Source: an uncultured Gemmatimonadales bacterium
GTDB lineage: Bacteria > Gemmatimonadota > Gemmatimonadetes > Longimicrobiales > Longimicrobiaceae
Assembly: GCA_963716255.1 (NCBI GenBank)
Contig: OY970303.1
Coordinates: forward strand, 3,136,001-3,200,000
DNA length: 64,000 bases
Direction of reading: 5' to 3'
Below are positions 37,584 to 48,878 of the stretch, piece after piece. A model generated the notes under the pieces. The model was not told where the DNA came from, made no database searches, and saw only the letters and a list, made by a program, of their open reading frames with translations. Position 1 is the first letter of the stretch; each line of letters opens with the position of its first letter. The translations under genes and the position numbers were made by a program.

Positions 37584-37681
37584 CGGAGCACGCCGCCGTT
37601 CAATGCCGGGGCTCCGCCCTATCCGCCCCACCGTCGCGCGCCGCCGCTCTCCCCCTCTACCCACCGCCCGGAGGTGTAACC

Positions 37682-38533
37682 GTGCAGCTGGTCCGCCATC
37701 CGGATGCCGAGTCGTTCCTGCGCGACGCGCAGGGCGACCTGGAGCGCGCCGAGGCCGAGAACAACATGGTGCTCGGCGCGGCGCTGCGGCTGCTCGACAG
37801 GCCGCAGGCGCCGGAGCGGCCGCGCTACTTCGCCACGGTGCGCGCGGGCGGCGGGCTGCGCGTGGCGGCCATGCACACGCCGCCGTTCCCGCTGGCGCTG
37901 GCGGGGGAGGGCGTGGGTGCGGGCGAGGCGCTGGAGCGCGTGGCGGAGGACCTGCGGGCGGCGGGGGTGCACCCGGGGGGCGTGTTCGGGCCGGCGGCGC
38001 TGGCGGACGGCTTCGCGGCGGGGTGGACGCGCGCCACCGGCGAGGCGGCGCGCGCCGCCATGCGGGAGCGGCTGTTCGCGCTCACGGAGGTGCTGCCCGT
38101 GCGCCCGGCGCCCGGCGCGCTCCGCCGTGCCGTGGCGGCGGACGAGGACACCGTGGCGCGCTGGATGATGGCGTTCGGCGCGGAGGCGCTGGGCGAGGCG
38201 GACGCGGAGCGGGCGCGGGCGGGGGCGCGGCGCCGGATCGCGGCGCGGGAGCTGTGGATCTGGGAGGTGGAGGGCGAGGCGCGGTCCATGGCGGCCAGCG
38301 ACCGCCCCACGCGGCACGGCGTGGCCGTCAACGCGGTGTACACCCCGCCCCAGTGGCGCGGGCGGGGCTACGCCACCGTGGCCGTGGCGCGCCTCAGCGC
38401 GGGGCTGCTGGCGGAGGGGCGGCGCTTCTGCGTGCTCTTCACCGACCTGGCCAACCCCACGTCCAACGCCATCTACCCGCGCATCGGCTACCGGCCGCGC
38501 GCGGACTTCACGCTGTACCGCCTGGGCGGGTAG
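37682..38533 (+). CDS. GNAT family acetyltransferase
   Basis: VYTPPQWRGRGYA, LFTDLANPTSNAIYPRIGY. Confidence 0.9.
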   Translation: MQLVRHPDAESFLRDAQGDLERAEAENNMVLGAALRLLDRPQAPERPRYFATVRAGGGLRVAAMHTPPFPLALAGEGVGAGEALERVAEDLRAAGVHPGGVFGPAALADGFAAGWTRATGEAARAAMRERLFALTEVLPVRPAPGALRRAVAADEDTVARWMMAFGAEALGEADAERARAGARRRIAARELWIWEVEGEARSMAASDRPTRHGVAVNAVYTPPQWRGRGYATVAVARLSAGLLAEGRRFCVLFTDLANPTSNAIYPRIGYRPRADFTLYRLGG

Positions 38534-38539
38534 CGCGCC

Positions 38540-39121
38540 TCAGGCGGCGGGGGCGCCGGCCTTGCCGCCCACGTGCGCCCAGAGCGCGCGCTCCAGCAGC
38601 ACCGGCGTCCACTCCCCGCCCAGCTCCCGCGCGGCGGCCCGCAGCGCGTCCGCATAGCGGGCGTAGTAGCCCAGCGTCCACGCGACCGGCCCCAGCCCCG
38701 GGAGCTGCGCCGCCACCAGCTCGTCGAAGAACGGGTACGTGTCGGGCGCAAAGGCCGCCACGGCCGCCGACGCCGTCGCCGGGCCCACCCCCTTCAGCTT
38801 CGCCAGCTCGGAAATGGGCGCGGTGGGGTGCGGCACCCTGGCCAGCGCAGCCGTGCTCGCCTCCTCCACCGCCTCCGGCGCGTTGCCGCGCACCAGCACC
38901 AGGTTGGGTGCCCGCCACACCCCGCGCGCCATCTTCCACTCCGTCAGCCGCACCATCTCCGCGTGCGTGAGGTGCGCCGGCGCGCGCGCGGCGATCAGCC
39001 CCGGCAGCTCCTCGCGGTACCAGCGGTCCAGCTCGGGGAGCCGGGCGACGCCCTGCCGCTCGACCGTCGCGGGATAGTCGTCGAGCGCGCGGCGCAGTAT
39101 CCGTGAGTCCGGCAGCGGCAT
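38540..39121 (-). CDS. Hypothetical protein with HhH motif
   Basis: [24 protein letters not shown]. Confidence 0.7.
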   Translation of the reverse strand: MPLPDSRILRRALDDYPATVERQGVARLPELDRWYREELPGLIAARAPAHLTHAEMVRLTEWKMARGVWRAPNLVLVRGNAPEAVEEASTAALARVPHPTAPISELAKLKGVGPATASAAVAAFAPDTYPFFDELVAAQLPGLGPVAWTLGYYARYADALRAAARELGGEWTPVLLERALWAHVGGKAGAPAA

Positions 39122-39343
39122 GGTGGCGTCGGGGAAGAGGGGAGAACGGCCCATCGCACGGGGCGGTGCCCGCGGGCGTCGCCCCCGCCGGCCAAGATAG
39201 CCGGGCGGCGGATTCTCCGCACACCACCCCTGCCCGGCGGCCCTCACCCGGCTCGCTTGAGGCTCGCCACCCGGGTCCTTCATCCGGTTCACGCGAAGCG
39301 TGAAGCGCCATCCTGGAAGAGGGGCAACGGCTGGTTCGGTGCC

Positions 39344-39391
39344 GTGCTCCCCCTCTCCCGCTTGCGGGGGAGGGGGCCGGGGGGAGGGGGC
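39344..39391 (+). repeat. Family C REP-like palindromic repeat
   Basis: Matches 27196..27243. Confidence 0.8.
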
Positions 39392-39416
39392 TGCAGCGGA
39401 CGCCAGCGCGAGCCCC

Positions 39417-39545
39417 GCGTGAGGGATTCCGGCCCGCAGGGGCGAGACCCGCGGGCAGTTTCGCGGGGCTCGACTCCGTTAGCCCGCGTTGTTTGCGGGC
39501 TTACGAAGCCGAAGCCCGACCCCGGCGCCAGCCGGGGGCACGCCC
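39417..39545 (-). repeat. Family A structured repeat, copy 6
   Basis: Reverse-complement copy in a divergent intergenic region. Confidence 0.9.
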
Positions 39546-39700
39546 AAATCCGCAGTTCAAATCCGTTGCATCCAAAGCCGACAACCCCACGAGAAGCCCC
39601 GTCCACGAACCCGGTCATGGATGAGCCGGATTCACGGAACCATCATTGCGTTGGGGTACCGCGTGGGTCGCCGCGAGATCACTCATCCACGGAGGACGGC

Positions 39701-41302
39701 ATGACGGCAGTGACGGAGACCGCCCTGGAAGGGGTGCGGGTCCTGGGCGAGGAGAACGAGGCCACGGCGCGCGTGCTGACGCCGGAAGCGCTGGCGTTCG
39801 TGGCGGGGCTGCACCGCCGCTTCAATCCCGCGCGCCAGGCGCTGCTGGCCGACCGGGAGCGCCGCCAGGCGGAGTTCGACGCCGGCGCCGTCCCCGCCTT
39901 CCTGGACGAGACGGCCGCCGTGCGCGAGGGGGAGTGGACGGTCGCGCCGGCCCCCGCCGACCTGGACGACCGCCGGGTGGAGATCACCGGGCCCACCGAC
40001 CGCAAGATGGTGATCAACGCGCTGAACTCCGGCGCCAGCTGCTTCATGGCGGACTTCGAGGACGCCCTGTCGCCCACCTGGCCCAACGTGATCGAGGGAC
40101 AGGCGAGCCTGGCCGACGCCATCCGCAGGCGGGTGGACTTCACCTCGGCCGAGGGCAAGTCGTACCGCCTGGCCGAGAAGACGGCGACACTGATCGTGCG
40201 GCCGCGCGGCTGGCACCTCCCCGAGCGCCACGTGACGGTGGACGGCGAGCCGGTCTCGGCGTCGCTCTTCGACTTCGGGCTGTTCTTCTTCCACAACGCG
40301 CGCGAGCTGCTGGAGCGGGGCTCCGGCCCGTACTTCTACCTTCCCAAGCTGGAGGGCCACCGCGAGGCGCGCCTGTGGAACGACGTGTTCCTGGCCGCGC
40401 AGGAGGCGCTGGGGATCCCGCGGGGGACCATCCGCGCCACGGTGCTCATCGAGACCATCCTGGCCGCCTTCGAGATGGACGAGATCCTGTACGAGCTGCG
40501 CGAGCACGCCGCCGGGCTCAACGCGGGGCGCTGGGACTACATCTTCAGCATGATCAAGAAGTTCCGGAACCGGGGCGACTTCGTCCTCCCGGACCGGGCG
40601 CAGGTCACCATGGCGGTGCCCTTCATGAAGTGCTACGCCGAGCTGCTGGTGAAGACCTGCCACCGGCGCGGCGCGCACGCCATGGGCGGCATGGCCGCGT
40701 TCATCCCCAACCGCCGCGACGCCGAGGTCACGGAGCGGGCCCTGGCCAAGGTGCGCGAGGACAAGAAGCGCGAGGCCGGACAGGGCTTCGACGGCACCTG
40801 GGTGGCGCACCCGGACCTGGTCTCCATCGCCCGCGAGGAGTTCGATCCCGTGCTGGGCGAGCGCCCCAACCAGAAGGACCGCCGGCGCCACGACGTCGTG
40901 CACGGCGACTGCGACCTTCTCGAGACGGGGATCCTGGGCGGCGAGGTGACGGAGGCCGGGGTGCGCAGCAACGTCAGCGTCGCCATCCAGTACGTGGAGG
41001 CGTGGCTGGGCGGCAACGGGGCGGTGGCCATCTACAACCTGATGGAGGATGCCGCCACCGCGGAGATCTCGCGGGCGCAGCTGTGGCAGTGGATCCGCCA
41101 CCGCACCCCGCTGTCGGACGGCCGGGCGATGAACCCGGACGTGTACTGCGCCATCCGCGACGAGGAGGTGGCGAAGCTCCGGGCGGAGCGCGGCGACGAC
41201 GCGCGCTTCCTGGACCGCGCGGTCGAGCTGCTGGACGGCCTGGTGCTGGGGGCGGAGTTCGTCCCGTTCCTGACGCTGCCGGCGTATTCCCACCTCGACT
41301 GA
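39701..41302 (+). CDS. aceB: Malate synthase A
   Basis: [37 protein letters not shown]. Confidence 0.96.
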   Translation: MTAVTETALEGVRVLGEENEATARVLTPEALAFVAGLHRRFNPARQALLADRERRQAEFDAGAVPAFLDETAAVREGEWTVAPAPADLDDRRVEITGPTDRKMVINALNSGASCFMADFEDALSPTWPNVIEGQASLADAIRRRVDFTSAEGKSYRLAEKTATLIVRPRGWHLPERHVTVDGEPVSASLFDFGLFFFHNARELLERGSGPYFYLPKLEGHREARLWNDVFLAAQEALGIPRGTIRATVLIETILAAFEMDEILYELREHAAGLNAGRWDYIFSMIKKFRNRGDFVLPDRAQVTMAVPFMKCYAELLVKTCHRRGAHAMGGMAAFIPNRRDAEVTERALAKVREDKKREAGQGFDGTWVAHPDLVSIAREEFDPVLGERPNQKDRRRHDVVHGDCDLLETGILGGEVTEAGVRSNVSVAIQYVEAWLGGNGAVAIYNLMEDAATAEISRAQLWQWIRHRTPLSDGRAMNPDVYCAIRDEEVAKLRAERGDDARFLDRAVELLDGLVLGAEFVPFLTLPAYSHLD

Positions 41303-41371
41303 TGGCCTGGACATGGATTCCCCGAACTTTCGGCTGACTGAACCCTGACCCGCGCAGACGACGAGGACGAC

Positions 41372-42655
41372 ATGAGACAGGACTTCGAGATGCAGGTGGG
41401 GGAGCTGGAGAGCCGGTGGGCGGCGGAGCCGCGCTGGCAGGGGATCACCCGCCCCTACTCCGCGGAGGAGGTGGTGCGGCTGCGGGGATCGGTGCGCGTG
41501 GAGCACACGCTGGCCCGCCTGGGCGCGGAGCGCCTGGCGCGGCTGCTGGAGGGCGAGGACTTCGTCCGCACCTTCGGGGCGCTCACCGGCGCCCAGGCGG
41601 TGCAGATGGTCAGGGGCGGGCTGCAGGCCATCTACCTGAGCGGCTGGCAGGTGGCGGGCGACGCCAACCTGGCCGGGCACACCTACCCCGACCAGAGCCT
41701 GTACCCCGCAAACAGCGTCCCCGCGGTGGTGAAGCGGCTCAACAACGCGCTGCTCCGCGCCGACCAGATCGAGTGGAGCGAGGGGAACGGGGGCCGCGAC
41801 TGGCTGGTGCCCATCGTGGCGGACGCGGAGGCGGGCTTCGGCGGGCCGCTGAACGCGTACGAGCTGATGAAGGGGATGATCGAGGCGGGGGCGGCGGGCG
41901 TGCACTTCGAGGACCAGCTCGCCGCCGAAAAGAAGTGCGGCCACCTGGGCGGCAAGGTGCTGGTGCCCACCGGCCAGTTCATCCGCACGCTGGTGGCGGC
42001 GCGCCTGGCCGCGGACGTGCTGGACGTGCCCACCTGGCTGGTGGCGCGCACCGACGCCAACGGGGCCAGCCTGCTCACCAGCGACGTGGACGAGCGCGAC
42101 CGCGGGTTTCTCACCGGGGAGCGCACGCCGGAGGGCTACTACCGGGTGCGGAGCGGGCTGGAGGCGGCCATCGCGCGCGGCATCTCCTACGCGCCGTACG
42201 CGGACCTGGTGTGGTGCGAGACCGCCACCCCGGACCTGGACGAGGCGCGCACCTTCGCCGAGGCGATCCGTGCGGAGCACCCGGGGAAGATGCTGGCGTA
42301 CAACTGCTCGCCCAGCTTCAACTGGAGCCGCAAGCTGGACGCGGCCACCATCGCGAAGTTCCAGCGGGAGTTGGGGGCCATGGGCTACCGGTTCCAGTTC
42401 ATCACCCTGGCCGGGTGGCACCTCATCAACCTGGAAACCTTCAAGCTGGCCCGCGAGTACGCCGGCGAGGGGATGCCGGCGTACGTCCGCCTCCAGGACG
42501 AGGAGTTCGCGCTGGAGGAGGCCGGGTACACCGCCACCAAGCACCAGCGTGAGGTGGGCACCGGGTACTTCGACCGGGTGCTGCAGACGCTCTCCGGCGG
42601 CGAGGCGTCCACGGCGGCGCTCGCCGGATCCACGGAGGCCGAGCAGTTCCACTGA
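41372..42655 (+). CDS. aceA: Isocitrate lyase
   Basis: [31 protein letters not shown]. Confidence 0.97.
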   Translation: MRQDFEMQVGELESRWAAEPRWQGITRPYSAEEVVRLRGSVRVEHTLARLGAERLARLLEGEDFVRTFGALTGAQAVQMVRGGLQAIYLSGWQVAGDANLAGHTYPDQSLYPANSVPAVVKRLNNALLRADQIEWSEGNGGRDWLVPIVADAEAGFGGPLNAYELMKGMIEAGAAGVHFEDQLAAEKKCGHLGGKVLVPTGQFIRTLVAARLAADVLDVPTWLVARTDANGASLLTSDVDERDRGFLTGERTPEGYYRVRSGLEAAIARGISYAPYADLVWCETATPDLDEARTFAEAIRAEHPGKMLAYNCSPSFNWSRKLDAATIAKFQRELGAMGYRFQFITLAGWHLINLETFKLAREYAGEGMPAYVRLQDEEFALEEAGYTATKHQREVGTGYFDRVLQTLSGGEASTAALAGSTEAEQFH

Positions 42656-42693
42656 TCGGCCGCCCTGGACCAGGCCACCCGGGAACCGCGGCC

Positions 42694-43152
42694 GTGCCGT
42701 CCACGCCTTCGGAGTGCTGGTCGTGCCGCTCCAACAGCGGCCGGCAGCGCATCTCGCCCGGCCCTCCGATCCACGTCGGAGAGTTCTGGCTGGTGGAGCA
42801 TGCATACCCGACCCGGCTCCCGGGCTGGCTGGTCATCGTGCTCCGCCGGCACGTGGAGGCGCTGCACGAGCTCCGTCCGGAGGAGTTCGCCGAATTGGCC
42901 TCCGTCCTGGAGCACACCTGCCGTGTGCTGCACCGGGTCGTGGGGTGCGACAAGGAGTACGTGGCATGCTACGCGGAGATCGACCACTTCCGGCACGTGC
43001 ACTTTCACGTGGTGCCGCGGGCCGCGGATCTGCCGGAGGAATTCGCGGGCACGCGCAGCTTTGCATTCCTCAAAGTGAGCGAGGCGGAGGCCGTGCCGCG
43101 GGAGGAAGTCCGTGTGCTCTGCGAGTCCCTCCGCGCCGCCTTTGGAGCCTAA
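42694..43152 (+). CDS. HIT family protein
   Basis: N-terminal CxxC, HVHFHVVPR. Confidence 0.85.
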   Translation: MPSTPSECWSCRSNSGRQRISPGPPIHVGEFWLVEHAYPTRLPGWLVIVLRRHVEALHELRPEEFAELASVLEHTCRVLHRVVGCDKEYVACYAEIDHFRHVHFHVVPRAADLPEEFAGTRSFAFLKVSEAEAVPREEVRVLCESLRAAFGA

Positions 43153-43194
43153 GCCCTAATCCTCCGCGCGCCCGCGGTGTCGTTCATCCAGACG

Positions 43195-43315
43195 GAGCGG
43201 CCCATCCACTCCCGCCAGTACGCGGCGTGCTCCTGCATGAGCTGCGCTTCGGCGGGCGTCATGTCCTGGCCGAAGCTCGCGCGCGGCGGCATCAGCCTGC
43301 AGAAGAAGGTCGTGG
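43195..43315 (-). pseudogene. Truncated YciI-like gene fragment
   Basis: FFCRLMPPRASFGQDMTPAEAQLMQEHAAYW then loss of similarity; no ATG at the expected start. Confidence 0.45.
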
Positions 43316-43453
43316 TCGATTCCTGGAACAGGTCGGGTGCAACGGGGCGAACGGGGGCGGTCCGGGGAGGACGGAAACGAGGAGGCCACGCCCGGCGCGC
43401 CACAACGGCGGCCGGGGTGCAACCCGGGCGGCGCACGCGGGTATGCAGCGGTC

Positions 43454-43918
43454 ATGGAACCGTTCGCACGCATCCGGCGCCTCCTCCGGCGGGGCGCGGT
43501 CCCGCTGCTCGCCGCCGCGCTCGCGGCGGGGTGCGGCGACAACGGCTTCGGGGTGGCGGTGGGGGGAGGGAGCACGGCCGGGCTGCGCCCCGGACTGTAC
43601 GACTACGAGGCGTGGACGTACGGCCGGCAGACGGCGTACTGGGGCTTCGTGGAGCTGCGCGTGGGCGGGGACGGGGCGCTCACCGGGAGCTACCGACTCC
43701 CGCGGCAGTGCACCGACGGCTACGGCTACGAGGCGGACTGCGTGGGACTCGTGGGCGGCCGCGCCTACGCGGACGGCACGGTGCGCTTCGGGTTCGACGA
43801 GGGATGGCTCCGCCACGAGGGCGAGACCGACGGCCGCTACTCGGAGGTGGTGGGGAGCTGGGAGACCCGGATCCTGGGCGCCTCGTCCGACGGGAGCTTC
43901 GAGCTGCTGCCGCGCTGA
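43454..43918 (+). CDS. Hypothetical lipoprotein
   Basis: LAAGC lipobox. Confidence 0.65.
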   Translation: MEPFARIRRLLRRGAVPLLAAALAAGCGDNGFGVAVGGGSTAGLRPGLYDYEAWTYGRQTAYWGFVELRVGGDGALTGSYRLPRQCTDGYGYEADCVGLVGGRAYADGTVRFGFDEGWLRHEGETDGRYSEVVGSWETRILGASSDGSFELLPR

Positions 43919-43940
43919 CGGCGGCGGCCGGAAAGGTGGA

Positions 43941-43979
43941 CGGGGCGGGCCGCGCAGCGCGGCCCGCCCCGCCTTTTTT
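43941..43979 (+). terminator. Intrinsic terminator
   Basis: 14-bp GC stem followed by TTTTTT between convergent genes. Confidence 0.75.
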
Positions 43980-44017
43980 GTCCCGGCCCCCCGGGCTCGT
44001 TCTTGCCGCCGCGAACG

Positions 44018-44497
44018 CTACTCCGTGCCGCCCCGCGGCACCACGCCGACCCAGACCTCGATCATCCCTTCGTCGGAGAGCGGATCGGTGCCGGGCCCGT
44101 ACCGCTCGAAGTCCGGGGTGTGCGCGGACTCGTACGGACCCGCCGCGAGCCATTCGAACACCCGCTGCCAGGTGGACCGCAGCGATGCCCCGTCGCCTCC
44201 GTGTGCGAACACGGCGTAGCGCTGGCCAGGCACGCGCATCCGCCCCGTCCCCGGCGGCAGGCCGGCGAGCGACTCCACCTCCACGCCGCACATGTACTCG
44301 AAGCCCGCGGGGTCGGCGCCGCACATGACGCCGTACAGCTCCGGGCCGACGCGCCCGGGGACCGGGTCCGCCGACAGGAACTCCCGCCACTGCGCGGCGA
44401 TCCCCGCCTCGGCCGCCGCGGACTCGTGGCGCCGCCGCAGGCCGCCCAGGAGCATGGGCCTGCCGGTCTCGAACCGCGCGGGGGTGAATGGATCCAC
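44018..44497 (-). CDS. GyrI-like small-molecule-binding protein (start uncertain)
   Basis: FEYMCGVEV, YAVFAH, PDFERYG, IEVWV. Confidence 0.8.
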   Translation of the reverse strand: MDPFTPARFETGRPMLLGGLRRRHESAAAEAGIAAQWREFLSADPVPGRVGPELYGVMCGADPAGFEYMCGVEVESLAGLPPGTGRMRVPGQRYAVFAHGGDGASLRSTWQRVFEWLAAGPYESAHTPDFERYGPGTDPLSDEGMIEVWVGVVPRGGTE

Positions 44498-44577
44498 GGT
44501 CGTGTGACACGTGAGAGTGAAGTTTCCGCCGGGCGGCAGGGCCCTCACCCGGCTCGCTTGAGGCTAGGTAAGCAGTT

Positions 44578-44706
44578 GCGTGAGGGATTACGGCCCGGAG
44601 GGGCGAGACCCGCGGGCAGTTTCGCGGGGCTCGACTCCGTTGGGCTGCGTTGTTTGCAGCCCTACGGAGCCGAAGCCCGACCCCGGCGCCAGCCGGGGGC
44701 ACGCCC
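44578..44706 (-). repeat. Family A structured repeat, copy 7
   Basis: Reverse-complement copy 39 nt after the mntD-like stop. Confidence 0.9.
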
Positions 44707-44745
44707 GACCCCCGCCGCTCAGCCTGCTCCGACAATGCAAAGCAA

Positions 44746-45864
44746 TCACACCCCCACCACCTCGCGCGCCTCCGTCCGCCCACGCTCCGTGAGCGCCAGC
44801 CGGTCGCCATCGCTGCGCGCCACCAGCCCCCGCCCCTCCGCCCGCCGCACGACCGCTGCCGCGAAGTCCGGGCTCCAGCGCAGGTGCTCGTGCAGGTGCG
44901 ACTCGCGGTTCTCGGACCCCGCCTCCGGCGAGTCCTCGTGGTTGAGGAGGTGGATGGCGAGCATGGCCTGCGCGAACTCCCACCGCTGCCGGGCGCGGCG
45001 CCGCGCCAGCGCCAGCATCCCCCGCTCCGGCGCCAGCAGGAACACCAGCGCGAAGGCCACCCCGGTCATGGTGGCCATGGAGCCGGCGATGGACACGTCC
45101 AGGAAGTACGACATCCAGTAGCCGGCCAGCGCGCTCGCCACCCCGATGGCCACGCTCAGCAGGATCATGCGCGGGAGCCGGTCGGTGAGCAGGTACGCCG
45201 CGGCCGGCGGGCCGATCATCAGCGCCACCACCAGCACCGACCCCACCGCGTCGAAAGCCCCCACCGCCGTGGCCGACACCAGCGTCATGAAGGCGTAGTG
45301 CACCAGCCCGGGCGCGAACCCCAGCGCGCTGGCCAGCGCCGCGTCGAAGGTGGTGAGCTTGAGCTCCTTGTAGAAGGCGGCCACGAAGCCGGCGTTGAGC
45401 AGCAGGATGACGCCCATCACCCAGAGCGTGCGCGGCCCCAGGTCCGCGCCCCCCACCTCCAGCCGGTTGAACGGGGCGAAGGCCAGCTCCCCCAGCAGCA
45501 CCGCGTCCACGTCCAGGTGCACGTTGCCGGCGTAGCGGGAGATGAGGATCACCCCCGTGGAAAAGAGCGCGGGAAAGACCAGGCCGATGGCGGCGTCCTC
45601 CTTGACCCGCCCGGTGCGGCCCAGCAGCTCCACCAGCGTGACGGTGAGCACCCCCGTGGCCGCGGCCGCCGCGATCAGCAGCGGCGACGCCAGGTTCTCC
45701 GTGACGAAGAAGGCCAGCACGATCCCCAGCAGGATGGAGTGCGAGATGGCGTCGCTCATCAGCGCCATGCGCCGCAGCACCAGGAACACCCCCGGGAGCG
45801 CGCACGCCGCGGCGGTGAGCGCCGCGATCCACTGGATCTCGACTTCCGGCGACACGGCCATCAT
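44746..45864 (-). CDS. mntD: Mn/Zn/Fe ABC permease (MntD/TroD-like) with C-terminal winged-helix-like extension
   Basis: LRRMALMSDAISHSIL, AFDAVGSVLVVAL; tail ...LALTERGR. Confidence 0.85.
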   Translation of the reverse strand: MMAVSPEVEIQWIAALTAAACALPGVFLVLRRMALMSDAISHSILLGIVLAFFVTENLASPLLIAAAAATGVLTVTLVELLGRTGRVKEDAAIGLVFPALFSTGVILISRYAGNVHLDVDAVLLGELAFAPFNRLEVGGADLGPRTLWVMGVILLLNAGFVAAFYKELKLTTFDAALASALGFAPGLVHYAFMTLVSATAVGAFDAVGSVLVVALMIGPPAAAYLLTDRLPRMILLSVAIGVASALAGYWMSYFLDVSIAGSMATMTGVAFALVFLLAPERGMLALARRRARQRWEFAQAMLAIHLLNHEDSPEAGSENRESHLHEHLRWSPDFAAAVVRRAEGRGLVARSDGDRLALTERGRTEAREVVGV

Positions 45865-46970
45865 CCCTCCGCCTCCCCGCCGCGCCGCTCCTCCTCCGCC
45901 TCGCCCGCCGACGTGATGGCCCAGCCGCCCCGCCCCACGCGCTGCGCCCACCCGCGCGACTCCAGCTCCGCCAGCTCGTGCTGCGCCCCGGGGTGCAGCG
46001 CCTCCAGCGTCGCCACGGTATGCCCGTGCGCCTGCCCGGGGTGCTGGCGCGCCAGCGCGTACAGGTCCGCGAGCACCGCCTGGGTGTGCAGCCGGCGGCG
46101 GTTGCGCTGGTCGCGCGCCCACCCCCACACGATCCCCCGCTCCGGCGCGAACAGGAGCGAGATCGTCACCAGCGCGGTGAGGCACAGGACGATGGTGGGC
46201 CCGGTGGGGAGGTGCTGCGTGGTGCTGGACAGGATCGCCCCCGCCACCCCGGAGAGCGCGCCGAAGAACCCGGCCAGCACCACCATCCGCCCCATGCGGT
46301 CCGTCCACTGCCGTGCCGCGGCGGCGGGGGCCACCACCATGGCGCTCATCAGCACCACGCCCACCGTCTGCAGGCCGATGACGATGGCGAGCACCAGCAC
46401 CGAGGTGAGCAGCACGTCCACCCGGCGCATGCTGAAGCCCAGGCTGGCGCCGAACTCCGGGTCGAAGGCCAGCATCTTGAACTCCTTCCACAGCAGCGCG
46501 GTCGCGCCCAGCGCCAGCGCCCCCAGCGCCGCGATCTGCACCACGTCGCGGTGCAGCAGGGTGGCCGCCTGGCCGAAGAGGTAGCGGTCCAGCCCCGCCT
46601 GGGCGGCGTCGGGCCGCTTCTGGATGTAGGTGAGCAGCACCAGCCCGAAGCCGAAGAACACGGCGAGCACCAGCCCCAGCGCGCTGTCCTCGCGCACGCG
46701 GCTGCTCCCCACGATCCTCATCACCAGCAGCGTGCCCAGCCACCCCGCGGCGGCGGCGCCCAGCACCAGCACCAGCGGCGCCTTGCTCCCGGTGAGCAGA
46801 AAGGCCAGCGCGATCCCCGGGAGCGCGGCGTGCGAGATGGCGTCGCCCAGCAGGCTCTGCTTGCGGAGCACGGCGAAGGAGCCCAGCGCGCCGCTGGTGG
46901 TCCCCAGCGCGGCGGCGCCCAGCGCCACGGTGCGCAGGGTGTAGTCGGAGAACAGGTCGGGAAGGGCCAC
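45861..46970 (-). CDS. mntC: Mn/Zn/Fe ABC permease (MntC/TroC-like) with C-terminal extension
   Basis: LRKQSLLGDAISHAALPG, LQTVGVVLMSA. Confidence 0.85.
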   Translation of the reverse strand: MALPDLFSDYTLRTVALGAAALGTTSGALGSFAVLRKQSLLGDAISHAALPGIALAFLLTGSKAPLVLVLGAAAAGWLGTLLVMRIVGSSRVREDSALGLVLAVFFGFGLVLLTYIQKRPDAAQAGLDRYLFGQAATLLHRDVVQIAALGALALGATALLWKEFKMLAFDPEFGASLGFSMRRVDVLLTSVLVLAIVIGLQTVGVVLMSAMVVAPAAAARQWTDRMGRMVVLAGFFGALSGVAGAILSSTTQHLPTGPTIVLCLTALVTISLLFAPERGIVWGWARDQRNRRRLHTQAVLADLYALARQHPGQAHGHTVATLEALHPGAQHELAELESRGWAQRVGRGGWAITSAGEAEEERRGGEAEG

Positions 46971-46981
46971 CGCGTTCTCCC

Positions 46982-47797
46982 TCAGGCCCGCAGCCGCGGC
47001 GCGGCCAGGGCGCCGGGCGCCTGGAGCGGCGCCTGCGGGTCGGAGCCGCGGCGCTGCAGGAAGGGCACGCGCCCGCCGTAGGTGAGGCGCAGGTTCTCCT
47101 CGGTGAAGATCTCGGCGACGGGGCCTGCGGCCACGCGGCGCACGTTGAGGAGGAGCACCCAGTCGAAGTACTCGGGGACGGTCTCCAGGTCGTGGTGCAC
47201 CACCACCACCGTCTTCCCCGCCTCGCGCAGCCCCTGGAGCACGGTGACGATGGCGCGCTCCGTCTTCGCGTCCACCCCCTGGAAGGGCTCGTCCATCAGG
47301 TACAGCCCGGCGTCCTGCACCAGCGCCCGTGCCAGGAACACGCGCTGCTGCTGCCCGCCGGAGAGCTGCGAGATCTGGCGCGCGGCGAAGTCCTGCATGG
47401 CCACCTGCTCCAGCGCCGCCATGGCCATCTCCCGCTCGCGCCGGCCGGGGCGGCGGAACCACCCCAGCGCCCCGTAGCGCCCCATCATCACCACGTCCAG
47501 CACGCTGGTGGGAAAGTCCCAGTCCACGCTCCCCCGCTGGGGGACGTAGGCCACCAGGCGCCGCTGCTCGGCGTACGGGCGGCCGTGGACGAGCACCTGT
47601 CCCGCCGCCGGGCGCACCAGCCCCAGCACCGACTTGATCAGGGTGCTCTTTCCCGCCCCGTTGGGCCCCACGATGGCCATCAGGGTCCCGGCCGGGACCT
47701 CCAGGTCCACGTCCCAGAGCACCGGCTTGTCCCGGTAGGCCACCGTCAGGTCGTTGACCTCGATGGCCGGCGTCCGCCCGCTCTCCGCTGGCTTCAT
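46982..47797 (-). CDS. mntB: Mn/Zn ABC ATP-binding protein
   Basis: [34 protein letters not shown]. Confidence 0.9.
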   Translation of the reverse strand: MKPAESGRTPAIEVNDLTVAYRDKPVLWDVDLEVPAGTLMAIVGPNGAGKSTLIKSVLGLVRPAAGQVLVHGRPYAEQRRLVAYVPQRGSVDWDFPTSVLDVVMMGRYGALGWFRRPGRREREMAMAALEQVAMQDFAARQISQLSGGQQQRVFLARALVQDAGLYLMDEPFQGVDAKTERAIVTVLQGLREAGKTVVVVHHDLETVPEYFDWVLLLNVRRVAAGPVAEIFTEENLRLTYGGRVPFLQRRGSDPQAPLQAPGALAAPRLRA

Positions 47798-47813
47798 CCT
47801 CGTCCCTTTCCTT

Positions 47814-48764
47814 TTATCTCGCGTCCGCCGCCGCGGGCTCCGCGAGGAGCGCCGAGACGATCGTGTCGATGTTGTGCTTCACCATCCCCACGTAGGTGCC
47901 TTCGGGCGTCCCGGCGCTCCCCATGGCGTCCGAAAAGAGCTGCCCGCCGATGCGCACCCGCCACCCGCGCGCCGCCACCGCCTCCTGCACCGCCTCCACG
48001 TTGCGCCGCGGGATGGACGACTCCACGAACACCGCGGGAATGCGCCGGCCGGCGATGAAGGCGGCCAGCTCCTGCACGTCCGCCGTGCCCGCCTCCGACG
48101 CGGTGCTGATCCCCTGGAGGCCGCGCACCTGGAAGCCGTACGCCCGCCCGAAGTAGTTGAAGGCGTCGTGCGCCGTCACCAGCACCCGCTTCTCCCGGGG
48201 GACGCGCGCGGCCTGCGCGCGGACGTAGCGGTCCAGCGCCTCCAGCTCGGCCAGGTAGCGCGCGGCGTTGGCGCGGTACTCGGCGGCGTTCGGCGGGTCG
48301 GCCTGCGACAGCGCCTCGGTGATGCGCGGCACCGTCATCATCCACAGCCGCACGTCGAACCACACGTGCGGGTCGTAGGCGCCCTTGAACTCCGGCGGCG
48401 CCTTGAGCGAGTCCCTGGGGATGCCCTCCGACACGGCCACGCTGCGGGTGCGCTCGCCCATCTCCGCCAGCACCTCGGCCATGCGGGCCTCCAGGTGCAG
48501 CCCGCCGTAGAGGATCACGTCCGCGCGGTACAGGCGGCGCACGTCGCCCTCGCTGGCCTTGTACAGGTGCGGGTCCACGCCGGGGCCCATCAGCCCGGTC
48601 ACGCGCACGTGGTCGCCGCCCACGTTCTCGGCCGCGTCCTTGATCATTCCCACCGTGGTGACCACGTTCAGCCGGTCGGCGGCTTCGGCGGGCTCCGGCG
48701 GAGTGCAGCCGGCCAGCAGGGTGACGCACGAGACGATCAGCAAGGTGCTCTGCAAGATCCGCAT
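47814..48764 (-). CDS. mntA: Mn/Zn ABC substrate-binding lipoprotein (MntA/TroA-like)
   Basis: LAGC lipobox, [21 protein letters not shown]. Confidence 0.9.
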   Translation of the reverse strand: MRILQSTLLIVSCVTLLAGCTPPEPAEAADRLNVVTTVGMIKDAAENVGGDHVRVTGLMGPGVDPHLYKASEGDVRRLYRADVILYGGLHLEARMAEVLAEMGERTRSVAVSEGIPRDSLKAPPEFKGAYDPHVWFDVRLWMMTVPRITEALSQADPPNAAEYRANAARYLAELEALDRYVRAQAARVPREKRVLVTAHDAFNYFGRAYGFQVRGLQGISTASEAGTADVQELAAFIAGRRIPAVFVESSIPRRNVEAVQEAVAARGWRVRIGGQLFSDAMGSAGTPEGTYVGMVKHNIDTIVSALLAEPAAADAR

Positions 48765-48780
48765 CAACAATCCGAATTCG

Positions 48781-48839
48781 AATTTTAAGGTACTTTAAAT
48801 TTCTGTTCGCAGCATATCGTGAATTCGCGGACGTGTCAA
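48781..48839 (-). promoter_or_regulatory. mnt operon promoter with AT-rich palindromic operator (DtxR/MntR-type inferred)
   Basis: TTGACA-17-TATGCT on the minus strand; imperfect palindrome AATTTTAAGGTACTTTAAATT at 48781..48801. Confidence 0.7.
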
Positions 48840-48878
48840 GAAGGGCGGGTTGTGGGCGGGGAGCTTTGCGTGGGGGCT

